Assembly: GCF_009914755.1 (NCBI RefSeq) | Contig: NC_060943.1 | Origin: the human T2T-CHM13v2.0 reference genome, Homo sapiens | Reading direction: 5' to 3' (one strand) | DNA: 64,000 nucleotides | Shown: piece after piece, positions 29,009-44,573 of the stretch | Layout: every line of letters starts with the position of its first letter | Position numbering within the stretch: the stretch's first letter is position 1 | The notes under the pieces: generated by a model | Told to the model about the DNA's origin: nothing | Seen by the model: only the letters and a program-made list of their open reading frames with translations | Databases searched by the model: none | Translations under genes and position numbers: made by a program

Positions 29009-29706
29009 GTAAAAGTTTCTCGTGGAGGAGGAGAGCGCAGAGGGTGGAGTCCTGCTCCTCCGCAGCCAGACTGGGAGCCAGGCACGTGGGTGTTTTTGAC
29101 CAGATTTTAATGAGATCGTTGCCAAAATAGACTTAGAGCAGAGACTTCCTCATTCCTTTTTGTCTGTCTCCCCACTGGGCTATAATTGCTTCAACTTCTA
29201 AATATTTGTCTTCTTATTTTTGTTTAGAAGGGAAGGGAGTTGAGTGAGTGGGGAGCCCGTAGAGGGGCGGCGGGCCACGATTGTCTGCGGCGCGGCTGGG
29301 AGCATTGTGGCTGTGCTGAGGCCGCAGCTGCGGCTGCACCCCGAGGATTAACTCTTTTAACGGAAGCAGTAACGCATTCCTATTAAATTGGGCAGCAATC
29401 TCAAAAGTGATTCACTCACTCAAAAGACTGACTTTTTAAAGAATTCCTGTGCAGATATATTTTTGTGTGGTTGCAGGCAAGCACTGTGACTTTTTTCCTT
29501 TTAACACTGTAGCATCCTTTATTTTTTAAATGCTAGTTCAGAAATCTTAATTACCACATGATCAAATGTCTGGAAATCTACTTGCTACAAACTTACCGCG
29601 CAGATATTTCAGTCTGTACTCTGAACTTCTTTCCTGAGGTCATCATCTCCTTAGCACGTTGGAAGCGGCAGGGAACTGAGGTTGCCACGCTCTGAAGACA
29701 AAGTGA

Positions 29707-29876
29707 CCGCACCCCTACCCTGTTCCATAGTCAGCTCCCGTCCCGGCCCCCTCCCTGCGTATCCGCACCTCTGTCCTGTTCCATAGTCAGCTCCCGTCCT
29801 GGCCCCCTCCCTGCGTATCCGCACCCCTACCCTGTTCTATAGTCAGCTCCTGTCCTGGCCCCCTCCCTGCATATCC
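29707..29876. repeat. Minisatellite, 3 x 56 bp
   Basis: CCGCACCCCTACCCTGTTCCATAGTCAGCTCCCGTCC..GGCCCCCTCCCTGCGTAT at 29707, 29763, 29819. Confidence 0.92.
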
Positions 29877-30225
29877 ACTGATTGCTTCAGATGTGAAGGG
29901 ACAGCCAGGCCGGGACAAAAGGGATTCCCACCCAGGGTGCGCGCAGCTTCTGTGGCCGAGGTGGCTGCTGCTTACGGCCCGCCTTCCCTTCACCGCAGGC
30001 CTCTCTCCCTCCCTCCTTCCCTCCTTCCCTCCTTCCCTCTTGCGTTTTTCTTTAAAATGTAGTTTATTAGAAGCGCACTCTGTTTGAATTTGGCAGTGTG
30101 GAGTTGTGTATAGCATGGAACCTTTTCTTTATGCATCGATGGTCATGTGTCATGAAATGTTTTCTTGGGATGAGTCATCAAGACAATGCAATGACCATGA
30201 AAGTCTAATATCACATTATTGGCAG

Positions 30226-30327
30226 AGTGCCAGTCTTCCGAAGAGTCCATGGGGTCTAATTCCATGCGTTCTATCCTGGAGGAAGACGAGGAAGACGAGG
30301 AGCCACCAAGAGTCCTTTTATACCACG
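30226..30327 (+). CDS. PWWP3A: PWWP3A exon 6 (ECQSSEESMGSNSMRSILEEDEEDEEPPRVLLYH)
   Basis: GGCAG/GTAAG, phase 1-1. Confidence 0.95.
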
Positions 30328-32484
30328 GTAAGAAATGATCAGGGGGCGCCGGCAGTCCTAACGGTGCGCTCAGAGGCAGCGGCGGCGGGGCTCCGAGACC
30401 GGGCCCCACATTCTCCATGAAAGGTCTCCTGCGAGTTCATTTCTCTCCCACTGAACCGAGACCTGGAAGGGACCTTCAGAAGTGTCACGTTTTCAGTCCT
30501 CTATCTTAAGAATAACCTACACAAAGGGACGAGAGACTCCTGGGAAGAGACGGCCCAGCCCTCCCTGTTAGAGCATTACTCCTGTCACTTACCTCAAGCC
30601 CTTGTCCTCCTGTCCCCTCGCGGGGAGTGAGGGATGGCCCAGTGAGCCGAGGGGCTGCGTCGCCATTGCTCGGGTGTGGCCACGTACTGTCTCGCGGCTT
30701 CCGTTGGTGATGGCGTTTGGGGGGCTGTCCAGGGAGGCAGGGCCTTCAGCCCAAGAGTGAACTGCTCCCGCGCCCCTCCTGTAAGTAGCTGCTTGCACTA
30801 GAGGAAAACCTGCCTTTAGGTGCCCCTGAGCATCTACGTGGAAGGGACTAGAAATGAGAGACCCAAAGATCTGAGCCAGCCGCGAACAGAAAGTCGGCTT
30901 CGCAAACCAAGTCACAAGAACCAGCCCCACTTGAGACTCGCCCGTGAACCATTCCTCTTAACCAAGTCTTGTTTTTCTTTTCTTTAACCTTCTAGTTTCA
31001 GAATAATTATAGATTCACAGGATGTTGCAAAAATAGTAAAGGGAGGTGAGGGGGCTTCTCACCCGGGCTTCCCCACTGGCAGCATCCGTAAGGCGCAGGA
31101 TGTCCCCGGCCAGGAAGCTGGTGCGTGTGCAGCCTCGGGAGCGCCATTCCACGCACACTTGCGTGCCGGTGGCCTTGTTATGTCGTTCTTTTTTTGTCTA
31201 CACTGTTTGAGTGCTTTTCCATCATTGAAAGGGCTTCATTACAGTCTCACATTTTCCCTTTTTTTTGCCTAATGCTAATGGTCAGACTTTTTAACAGTTT
31301 TCCACATGCTCTTCTGATCCTTTTCCTCTGGGGTGAGCAGTCACCACTCACCAAACCCTGCCCCACCCATTGGGCACCTGTCTGGATGGTCCCAGGACCG
31401 CAGGTGCTGTGGGGCACCCATTGGGGACTTCCAGGAAATCATTTCTGCAGGATCCGTTCGCACACACGAAGAGCACAGTGCCCTCGGGAAGGGCCCTTTC
31501 CGACCACGCTGCCCCACTGGGGTTGGGTCACCGGGACATACAGAGGCTGGTGCTGCCTGGCTTCTCCTGCCTGCGGTGGGAGCTGGGTTTTGCTCCCGTT
31601 TGGTTTTGTTTTCTACCTGTCAGGCTGGGCGTCTTTCTGAGGGTTCCCTGACCGGCCTCTGAATTGATTGTTTGTCCACGTGGGCCTGGAAGTTTCTCTT
31701 AAAGACTAAATGCCCCTCACTGGGGAAACGACGCTGTGCCATGTTCACAGCAGACACTCACCCCAGTGGGCCTCCCTTTTTCTCTGGTCACGTTGGTTAC
31801 TTCATAGGCCTTTAGGTTTTGATCTGTGTTTATGGACCACGGCACTTCCTTCCTTCCACAGTGCGGTCAGACACAGGCTTTGTGTGTCTAACGACAGACT
31901 GTTTCCAGTAGTTTTTCTAATACTTTAGTTTTAAAATTTTAAATAATTCACTTGTTTTTTGGCATTGAAAATATTTCATTCATAAATAGTTTCTAGTTAT
32001 GATTTAAATAATTTTCCCATTTTTGACTGTAGTTTCCCAGAATCCTCTTTAGAATCTCAGTCCTTGTGTTTGGGTCTTCTCCGCGTGCCATTACCTCACC
32101 TCTGTTTTGTGCCACACACTCTTTAAAAGTGTCTTCCCGCGGGGTTTAGAGTTAGGAAAGTCGCGCACACATAGGACAGAGCCCCAGCCGCCCCTCGTGG
32201 CACCCCTCCCATCCCAAGGGTGCGTTTGTCGCAGCTGGGAACCCAGTGCAGCACCCCACTCAGCTGCTGGTTTCACTGTCTCATCATTGGTGGTTAGACT
32301 CAAGTAGTGTGGGGTATGTGAATCTGCCTTTCAGATTCTCCTGATCTTTTAAGCGAATGACACAAAGTCAGGTTTTAACAATATCGTGCTAACTGTGTTT
32401 TCTCAGGCTGTTACACCTGGTGCTTGATATGGATTTGACTTGTCTATTCTTTTTTTTTTGTTTTTCTTTTTTCTTTAATTCTAG

Positions 32485-32555
32485 AACCACGTTCGTTTGA
32501 AGTAGGAATGCTAGTCTGGCATAAACATAAAAAATACCCCTTCTGGCCAGCAGTG
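32485..32555 (+). CDS. PWWP3A: PWWP3A exon 7, PWWP domain start (EPRSFEVGMLVWHKHKKYPFWPAV)
   Basis: Long polypyrimidine tract + TAG, GTAAG donor; GxLVW..YPFWPA PWWP signature. Confidence 0.97.
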
Positions 32556-32812
32556 GTAAGAACAGCTTCCTCCGTCTTCTCAGATGTAGTTACTTAAATT
32601 TCATGAATTTTTATTCCATCCATCTTTAGTTCTTGATAATTTGATCAGGATAAATGTTTTCATTGTTTTGTTTTTCCTGGGAAAAGTTGGTGGGTTTTTA
32701 GAAAAGACTTCAGGAGATGCCTGTACCTAAATTAAGGCACAATGGTGTTAAGTTGATAGGCCACATTTTCACCAAGCAGGCTTAGAAAGACCTACTCGAA
32801 AAAAATATTTGC

Positions 32813-33139
<327 letters not shown>

Positions 33140-34280
33140 TTAAATATTGTGCATTTCACCCCATGAGAGCTCATTAATTTGGATTTTGTGGTGGGGTTGG
33201 TTGCATGTGTACAAACAGGAATTCGAAATCCTGTCCAAGTTCCCGGTGTGGGTGATGAGTTCAAGCCGGGGCAGATTCTCTGCTTCTGTCTCTGCAGGCC
33301 TGGAAGTTGCAGGTCATTGGTTTGGGTGCTGTCCTGGCCTTCGCCTCTCCTTCATATCTTACCCCTTTTTCCCTTTATCCTCCTAAGACACAAACGCCAA
33401 AAGGCGTTGGCCCTGCAGTAATCCAGAGACGCCTTTGTTGCTCTAATGACTGACCTCACTCGAGTCACCCAGGCTCCTTGCATGTGACTGATTGTGGTTC
33501 CGGGAAACCGGGGATTGAATCTGTGTGGTGTTCGCTGGGGAGGTTCAACACGTTTATGGCCTAGCTGGGCTCCTTGTGTCGCCTACTGGCCGGCGGAGAT
33601 GGAGGCCGGGCTTCTGGACCCTCCGCCCTCCCTTGGCACTGGTTTCCTCTCCCGCACCTTGGTAGTCTTTCCCTTGTTTTCATCAGTTTCTGGGGTCCCT
33701 GCTGGGTTAACAGGTCACTGATGTGACAGGTTCCTGGGGCATAAGAGCAGGCAGCCTCCCTGAGAGCGCAGGGCGGAAGGGCCATCGGAGGCGCTGGTCG
33801 CCACTGCTCCTCACTGCCTTCTCACGGTGGCCCCGGGAGGCCAGGACTGGGGAGGCTGTGGGGAGGTGGCAGCGCCCTGTAGTCCCTGCCCCTCCCCGTG
33901 TGGCCTGGGCTTGTTCCCGAGCCTTTCTGCACTTCCTCCACTCACCCAGAGCATTAGGAGGACAAACCTGCCCTGCTGAGCCGCTGGAGAATCTCAGGAC
34001 GCTTATTTAAAGAGGCAGCTGGCAGCGGTAGCTGTGGTTCTTTTTATTCAAAAACCCAAACAAAACTGGCTGATTCCGCTCAGATGGGAAAACGTTCAAG
34101 TGATGCGTGTGGCAGAGCATGGGGCCGTTTCTCAGCGCCTCCTTGCGGGAGACTTCGCTGGGGTCACCCCCAGAGCTGGGGTCAGCGCCTGTTAGATGTA
34201 TCATGTGATGTCACAAAAAAATATTTAAAATCCACGATCTCTTTTGTTTTGACGTTTTATTTTCTTGGATTTGTGAACAG

Positions 34281-34357
34281 GTCAAAAGCGTCAGGCAGAG
34301 AGATAAGAAAGCAAGTGTGCTATACATCGAAGGACACATGAACCCGAAAATGAAAGG
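34281..34357 (+). CDS. PWWP3A: PWWP3A exon 8 (VKSVRQRDKKASVLYIEGHMNPKMKG)
   Basis: AACAG/GTAAC, frame consistent. Confidence 0.95.
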
Positions 34358-35135
34358 GTAACCCGCTGTTCTTGGTTTCTGTGAATGGGCCTGAGGGGCC
34401 AGGCCGGCCGCTCTCAGAGTCAGAGCGGGCGTGGGGATGGAGGGACAGAGGGGAGGCCCCGGCAGGAGTCCAGGCCCGGGCAGGGCTAGTGAGGTCTCAC
34501 TGGAGGTGTGCCCTTCTTGTGGCCTCTCACTCCCTGGGATGGGTGAGTCAGACAGAGGCTGGGTGTGAAGGGTCTGGTCAAACACCCCAGTTTTCACAAC
34601 TTGATTTGCTGGCTTTGAAAGGCAGCCCAACCAGACACTCACTGGGGCCCTGTTTCCCACAAACCAGCAAAATGTCCACGCAGGTGTGCAGACAGCATCC
34701 CTGCGTCCACCTGAGTTTGCCCCTGGGTTACCTGGTCGTTCCTTAGTCATGGGATGAAAGCACACGTGGATGGATCAGCCGGCTGAAAGCAGCCTTTAGA
34801 ACCATCGCATTGCATATCCCCAAGTCGAACGCGCAGAACCGGTGTCATCTGGTACTTCTGTGCTGCCCCCGAGGGGTGGGAGGTGTGGAGTGGAGACCCA
34901 GGCCCCGAGGTCGGCCTGTCCTGGCGGGGCCCAGTCAGTGTTGCTGAAGTCACTGGACCCACCATGGTGCATTGGGAGCTTCTTGGCAGCTGGGGAAACG
35001 GTCACCTTCCATAAATAAGCTGGGGCTGGTGGGGCCTCCAGCGGCCTCCACTGATCTTAATCAGAGACAGGGAAAGGTTTTTAGCTTATTAGAGGAAGTT
35101 CATTCATGTTAACTTTTCCCTCTCTCTGCTTCAAG

Positions 35136-35196
35136 TTTCACAGTGTCTCTTAAAAGTTTAAAGCACTTTGATTGTAAAGAGAAACAGACGCTTCTG
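35136..35196 (+). CDS. PWWP3A: PWWP3A exon 9 (FTVSLKSLKHFDCKEKQTLL)
   Basis: Pyrimidine tract + AAG, GTAGGT donor. Confidence 0.93.
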
Positions 35197-35640
35197 GTAG
35201 GTGGATGATGTTTTGTGCTTGCTTTAAATGGTTTACTTTGTGATTAGTAAATATGTCCTCTGTGTGTAGCTCTTGAAATCCATGGCTGCGGTGTACGCGT
35301 GTGAATGATTGTGGGAAGTAGCAGAGCCAGGCTGCGCTCTGGCCGTTAGAGTTAGATCGTGGGCTCAGTCACTGCGCTGAATTCTCACAACTGTCCTGGG
35401 AAGTTGCGGCCCCATTTCCCCGCTTTACGGGTAAGGAAGCTGGGGCTCCGGCGAGGACAGTTTACCCAGGGCCACCAGGCAAGGCTACAGCAGAGAGCCT
35501 CTGCGCAAGGCCACCGCCTTCCCTGGCCGACTGTCTCAGTCCACCCCATGTCACGGTGGCCTCGGTAGCCAGCCCCTTGCGGCCGGGGGCGTCCCTAGCT
35601 CAGCGTCGGGAGCCCTGTGGGCGCTCAAGTGCTGCAGTGA

Positions 35641-36198
<558 letters not shown>

Positions 36199-36797
36199 GG
36201 AACTGAGTTACTTTCTAAAAATGGATGAAGGTGTGGGGTGAGGAGAAGAGCAGGAAGTTCCGTGCCTTAAACGCAGAAGGGCTGCCGTTTATATCAAAAA
36301 CCCTGGGTTCTGAGAGCACAGGGTGCCCGCTTCTTCTTCCTAAGAGTGCGCTCACATCTGCTTGTGAGTCAGGTATGTGGTGGTCCCGAAGCCCACTTGA
36401 TTCAGTGGTAGTCACCGTGGCTTCTGAGGGATGATATTGGGGAAGCCGTGCTTTAGGAAAGTGCTGGGGCTGCTGGGCAGGCAGAGAGCGGCGTCCACCC
36501 GGCCCTGGGATGTGCTTATGGGGTGCCCCCGTACCCCTAGTGGCCCTCGGCTCCAGAGTCTTCCCTGGGTCATTGTGTGATGGTCGTGGCTTTATGGCAT
36601 CTTTGGGACGGCTGTGTCCTTTTCTGGGGACCCACCCTGCTGCCAGCCCAGGTGCTGTTAGAGCAGCCCAGGTGCTGGCCTAGCCTGGCTGCAGACGATA
36701 GCTCCCAACAAAAACGGCTGTTAGAGCAGCTTATTTCCAGGACTTGATGTCCTGTCATGTGGCACAGTGGCCACAGGGGAGGTGTTTGCACCGTCGA

Positions 36798-36969
36798 TGC
36801 GTTCAGACCAGCCCAAGCCTTCGGGTCCCCGGTGCCCACCTGCGTTCAGACCAGCCCAAGCCATCGGGTCCCCGGTGCCCACCTGCGTTCAGATCAGCCC
36901 AAGCCATCGGGTCCCCGGTGCCCACCTGCGTTCAGATCAGCCCAAGCCATCGGGTCCCCGGTGCCCACC
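36798..36969. repeat. Minisatellite, 4 x 43 bp
   Basis: TGCGTTCAGAYCAGCCCAAGCCWTCGGGTCCCCGGTGCCCACC x4, near-perfect. Confidence 0.95.
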
Positions 36970-37197
36970 ATTTGAGCAGCTCAGGGCCCAGACCTGTGCC
37001 TGGTGCGTTTCCCATTTACCAGAGGGTCCCTGTGCGAGGCGTCTGCCAGAGCCCCCTTTGTCAGGGAGGGTCAGAGGTGCGGGCTGGAGCGTGAGCAGCC
37101 TGGACACCTGGCTGGTCCCTGGGCTCTGCGTGGCTTCTGAACCCAGGGTGCTTGGCACTGCCTCCCACTGACGCCTGCTGCCCGGATCTCATTGTAG

Positions 37198-37273
37198 AAT
37201 CAAGCCAGGGAGGACTTCAACCAGGACATCGGCTGGTGTGTCTCCCTCATCACCGACTACAGGGTCCGGTTAG
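37198..37273 (+). CDS. PWWP3A: PWWP3A exon 10 (NQAREDFNQDIGWCVSLITDYRVRL)
   Basis: TGTAG/GTACGT, frame consistent. Confidence 0.94.
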
Positions 37274-37528
37274 GTACGTGGGGTGCTGGGGAGGGGTGGA
37301 GCTGGGCAGCAGGCGTCCAGCCTCTGAAGACCCCTTGGACGGGCTGGGCCGGAGCTGCCTGGAGGCGGGGCATATTTCCGTGGGCCTGGGGCATTCCCTG
37401 TGGGTGGGCTGGGGTTCTGGCCTGGCCTGATTATTTCCTAAACAGAGACGCCGGGCCAGCCCCTGGAACACACTTCCTGGGACTCCTCTTAGGTCTACAC
37501 AGTGCTCTCTCCCCTCCACCCCCTGCAG

Positions 37529-37579
37529 GCTGCGGGTCTTTTGCTGGCTCTTTCCTGGAATATTACGCGGCTGATATAA
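37529..37579 (+). CDS. PWWP3A: PWWP3A exon 11 (GCGSFAGSFLEYYAADI)
   Basis: CTGCAG/GTAAGT. Confidence 0.95.
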   Translation, partial: AAGLLLALSWNITRLI

Positions 37580-37880
37580 GTAAGTCTACAGGCACATCTT
37601 GGAAAATGTGGTTTGCCTTTTAGCCCTTTAGAAAAACAATCTTCTATGTCTGAAGCTGTGGAAGGGGACGTTGGGGTCAAGGCACTGTCCGCAGCCACAC
37701 AGCATTGTTCAACCTCTATGAGGTTTTGATGTGACCCTGAGGCTCCCTGGGACCTGGGGCTGCTGGTGTCCACTGGCACAGCATCCCGAGCCTGCCCTGG
37801 GGCCCTCATCCCATGGGCCACATCCAGCGTGTCCCTGCTGTGGCTGGTGGCTGCACACATCAGATGTTGTGAAGAATGTA

Positions 37881-38172
37881 GGCCAGGTGCGGAGGCTCAC
37901 ACCTGTAATCCCAGCACTTTGGGAGGCTGAAGCAAGAGGATTGCTTGAGGCCAGGAGTTCAAGACTAGCTTGATCAACAGAGCAAGACCCCATCTCTACA
38001 GAAAAATAGAAAAAAATGAGCTGGGCGTGTGGCTTGCGTGCCTGCAGCCCCAGCTACTCGGGAGGCAGAGGTGGGAGAATGGCTTGAGCCCGAGAGTTCA
38101 AGGCTGTGGTGACCTATGTGATTGCACCGCTGCACTCCAGCCTGGGTGACAGAGCAAGACCTGGTCTCAAAA
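37881..38172 (+). mobile_element. AluJ-like element, intron 11
   Basis: Alu consensus. Confidence 0.88.
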
Positions 38173-38574
38173 AGAGAACGTGTCACGAACACCGGGATGT
38201 TTGGCCACCACTTCACTGTCGATCCAGCATTTTCCTTTATCGACAGTAGTGGAGTTTTCCATGCCTCCTGGTTGGTGGAGGAGTGGACGTGGCTGAATTG
38301 ATTCTGCTTGGGCAGTGCTGCACGGGCAGGCGCTTTTCTCTGCTATAAGGGTTAAACCTGGCTGCAGGGCCCAGTGAGGGGGGAAAGGCCGGGGGTCCCA
38401 GCAGAGGAAGTGTCTTTAGGAGCGTGAATGCTCCACTCCCGTGCTAACACGGAGCTCGATCGCTAGGGTCTGCCCCCATCCCTGCCATGTCGCAGCCTCC
38501 CATCGGCCCTGACCCACAGCCACCCGAGGAAGGCAGCCCACGCGCTGGTCCCACGACAGGTGCTTCTTTTGCAG

Positions 38575-39011
38575 GCTATCCTGTCCGAAAATCCATCCAG
38601 CAGGACGTCTTGGGGACCAAGCTTCCTCAACTGAGCAAGGGGAGCCCCGAGGAGCCCGTGGTGGGGTGCCCCCTGGGGCAGAGGCAGCCCTGCCGGAAAA
38701 TGCTCCCCGACCGCTCGCGGGCCGCCCGGGACCGGGCCAACCAGAAGCTGGTGGAGTACATTGTGAAGGCCAAGGGCGCGGAGAGCCACCTGCGGGCCAT
38801 CCTAAAGAGCAGGAAGCCATCTCGCTGGCTGCAGACCTTCCTGAGCTCCAGCCAGTACGTGACCTGTGTGGAGACCTACCTGGAGGATGAGGGGCAGCTG
38901 GACCTGGTGGTGAAGTACCTGCAGGGCGTCTACCAGGAGGTGGGGGCCAAGGTGCTCCAGCGCACCAACGGCGACCGGATCCGGTTCATTCTGGACGTGC
39001 TTCTGCCCGAG
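38575..39011 (+). CDS. PWWP3A: PWWP3A exon 12 (SYPVRKSIQQ...FILDVLLPE)
   Basis: TTTTGCAG/GTGAG, 437 nt, lies in ORF 38487-39380. Confidence 0.96.
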
Positions 39012-39299
39012 GTGAGCCGCGGACCGGCGTGTCACGTGGGCAGGGAGGGGCCTGCGCTGGGATTTTGCAACTCCGCACGAGGAGGCTGCCACGGTCCTCG
39101 CCCCTGCTCCCTGGCCGTTCGGCGGCCAACGGAGCGTGGAGGCCTCCTGTGTTTACATCCTGTCAGTGCTGGGAAATGCGAGTGCGTGCGCTTGACCCTG
39201 TGCGGAGACGGAGCCGCTTACTTGACCCCTGTGCAGAGATGGAGCTGCTTAGAAGCTGTCAGCACCAGGGGGTGCGAACTCCCTCCCTACTGCGGGCGC

Positions 39300-39480
39300 A
39301 CAGATGCTTCCCAGCCTCGGTGGGTCAGTCCTGGGAAACCCACTGCGAGTTGGAAATTCCCAAGTCAGAATCGCATTTAGTACCCAGATAAACCCACTGT
39401 AAGTTGAAAAACTGTAAGTGGATAATGCGCCTCATACTCTGATAAACCCGTGGTAAGTTAAACACACAAATTAGACTGTC
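39300..39480. mobile_element. Tigger5/MER47-like DNA transposon remnant
   Basis: CAGATGCTTCCC...GATAAACCCACTGTAAGTTGAAAA resembles the MER47 terminus. Confidence 0.5.
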
Positions 39481-39726
39481 TGTGATTTCGAACTTCAGCT
39501 GCGGATTTGGGGCTTGGTGAGGAGCAAATACAGATGATTTTGAAGTTTGTATCTGAAATTTCAGAGAGGACATTGCTGGGCATATGTGTACATCTGTGGG
39601 AAAAAAACATACTCAAAACTATTTAACTTTATAACTATGGGAATTTTCAAATAGACCCAAAAAGAAAATAGCATAATGAACTCTAATGTGCCCATAACCT
39701 GCCTGGAATTATTTTTTGGAGCATAA

Positions 39727-40832
<1,106 letters not shown>

Positions 40833-40887
40833 TCATTACAAGCAGGGATTCATGGACTAGGTTTGCACCTTCTGAACCATGAGCTAG

Positions 40888-41094
<207 letters not shown>

Positions 41095-42693
41095 TAGGCC
41101 GCTCCCGGCGCTATCTCCAGCCACTTGCGTCTCTGCCTTGCAGTTTCTATTTCCACACCCACAGGCAGTTTGACTCCAGGCTGCCGCAGCCCCTCTCCCT
41201 CATGAGGTGGCCCAGGTGCTGGGTGGTGAGCTGATCACATACGCTGAACTCACCCTGTGGGTCACTCCTGCCCCCCAGGAAGGCTGTGCCCGGGTCTCCC
41301 AGCTGGTCGCTGTGGGCAGCACGGGGCCACGGGCACGTGCCTGGGCCGTGTCTGTTCTTAATCTCTTTTTGCAGGGGCTGATGTTTGCTTTTTGCACTTT
41401 CCTCCCCTCTTTCCACAGCCCCATGGCTGTGTGAGAAATACAGCAAGATTAAGCAGCAGCACGGCCCGGTGCTTTCCAGCAGCCAGAAGAATGCTGTGAT
41501 CAAGATGTTTCTCTCACATCCGTGTGCTTAGCTGCCCTTGGATGTTTGGCCCCCAGAGCGCCTAATCCTGTCTCTGGGCATGCGGCCAGGCCTTGCTGGG
41601 AGCCAGGCGGGGCCCACGGGGCAGTGACAGGCTGAAGACTCAACTAGAGTCAAGGACAGGGTCTCCGGCCAGGGTGGCTTGCGCAGCCACCGACGTCTCC
41701 CGGGCCCACAGTCACAGGAGACTCCTGGTGAAGACACTGAACTCCCTCACCAGCCCCATGTCCTCCCTGGGCAGGGCAGGAGGGGCCCCTGGAGAGGCCA
41801 GGGAGGAGGTGTGGGGCCTCGGTGGCATTGGCAGGCCACCCCCGCAGAGCTGCACAAAGGTGGAATTTGGCCTTGTTTAGGGAGTGTTGGCCCAGCTGGC
41901 TTACCAAAACAGGAAAGGCCTTTGGATACAGAAACTGGGTGTTTTCCTGCTGGATCTTCATGGTTCCCCCGTCATGCTTGCCGTAAGAATAAGTGAGGTC
42001 CGGGGAGGGGGTAAGGTCGGAGCCAGGACACCTGGACCCAGCCTGCTGGTTTGTCCTCTCCCTCCGTCTCAGAAGCCTCTTCACCGCTCCACGCCCATCT
42101 GTGGAAATCTTTCATCCTGATTTTTTTTTTTGAGTCTGGGTTGCCGACATCAAAACCCGTTAGGAGTTCATCACAGCTTCCAGTTGCCATGAAAGCCTCC
42201 CGTGACCTGTGAGAATGGTGCTGGTGCTGATGGAGAAGTTACTTGGGCTGAGCACACAGGCCGTGATTTCATCACGCCGGGGACATGCTCAAAATAACAA
42301 GCCAGTGAGCAGCATCGCACTTGATCTTTGGCCTCAGTGGAGCCTTGGGTCACACACTGGGCGTCCTGGGACCCAGTCTCCCCGCCGCACGGCGTTTCCC
42401 AGGCCCTCTTGTTCTTTTAGAGTTGCACCATGAGCCTCTCTGCACTCTTCCCAAGGCTGTCCTCCTCAGGTCTGCCTTTCTCTGGTGCTGCGGCCGGTGT
42501 GCTCTCCCCTATTTCCAGGTCTGCTGGGGCGCACATCAGAGCCAGCAGCCGTTGTTGATCTCTTTTGATCCAGGGCAGCCCTATTGCTGAGAGGGGTTGC
42601 TAGCTAAGCAATTGTTATAATTTTCCTTTACAGGGAGGTCACTTAGTAAGGACAATTTGGCATCTCATACTCTTTCGTAAAAAATTATTTTTA

Positions 42694-44450
<1,757 letters not shown>

Positions 44451-44515
44451 CTCTCTCTCATATTCTTTAACACACAATGATTAATTACTAAAATGAAGAC
44501 TCTTGTTTTCTGAAG

Positions 44516-44573
44516 GGAAAAAGAAATATTTGACAACCAGCTCCTTGAAGAGCGGAACCGGCGCCGTCGGTGA
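44516..44573 (+). CDS. PWWP3A: PWWP3A last exon, coding part (EKEIFDNQLLEERNRRRR*)
   Basis: TTTTCTGAAG acceptor, TGA 44571-44573; exon sum 2136 nt = 711 aa + stop. Confidence 0.95.

Noticed and set aside
28344-29125. Antisense and alternative-frame ORFs over PWWP3A exon 5
   Set aside because: Expected shadows of a GC-rich coding exon; no promoter or splice support
30136-30200. Imperfect hairpin (ATGGTCAT...ATGACCAT) just before exon 6
   Set aside because: Only an 8-bp perfect stem; not distinguishable from chance without folding and conservation data
31125-31640. 171-aa intronic ORF
   Set aside because: Non-ATG start, no recognisable domain, no flanking expression signals
36798-36969. CRISPR-like array
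   Set aside because: Head-to-tail units with no unique spacers in eukaryotic intronic DNA; it is a VNTR
41143-41420. Extra acceptors after PWWP3A exon 13 (41165, 41375) giving alternative C-termini
   Set aside because: Plausible pyrimidine+AG sites, but several compete and nothing in the sequence selects one
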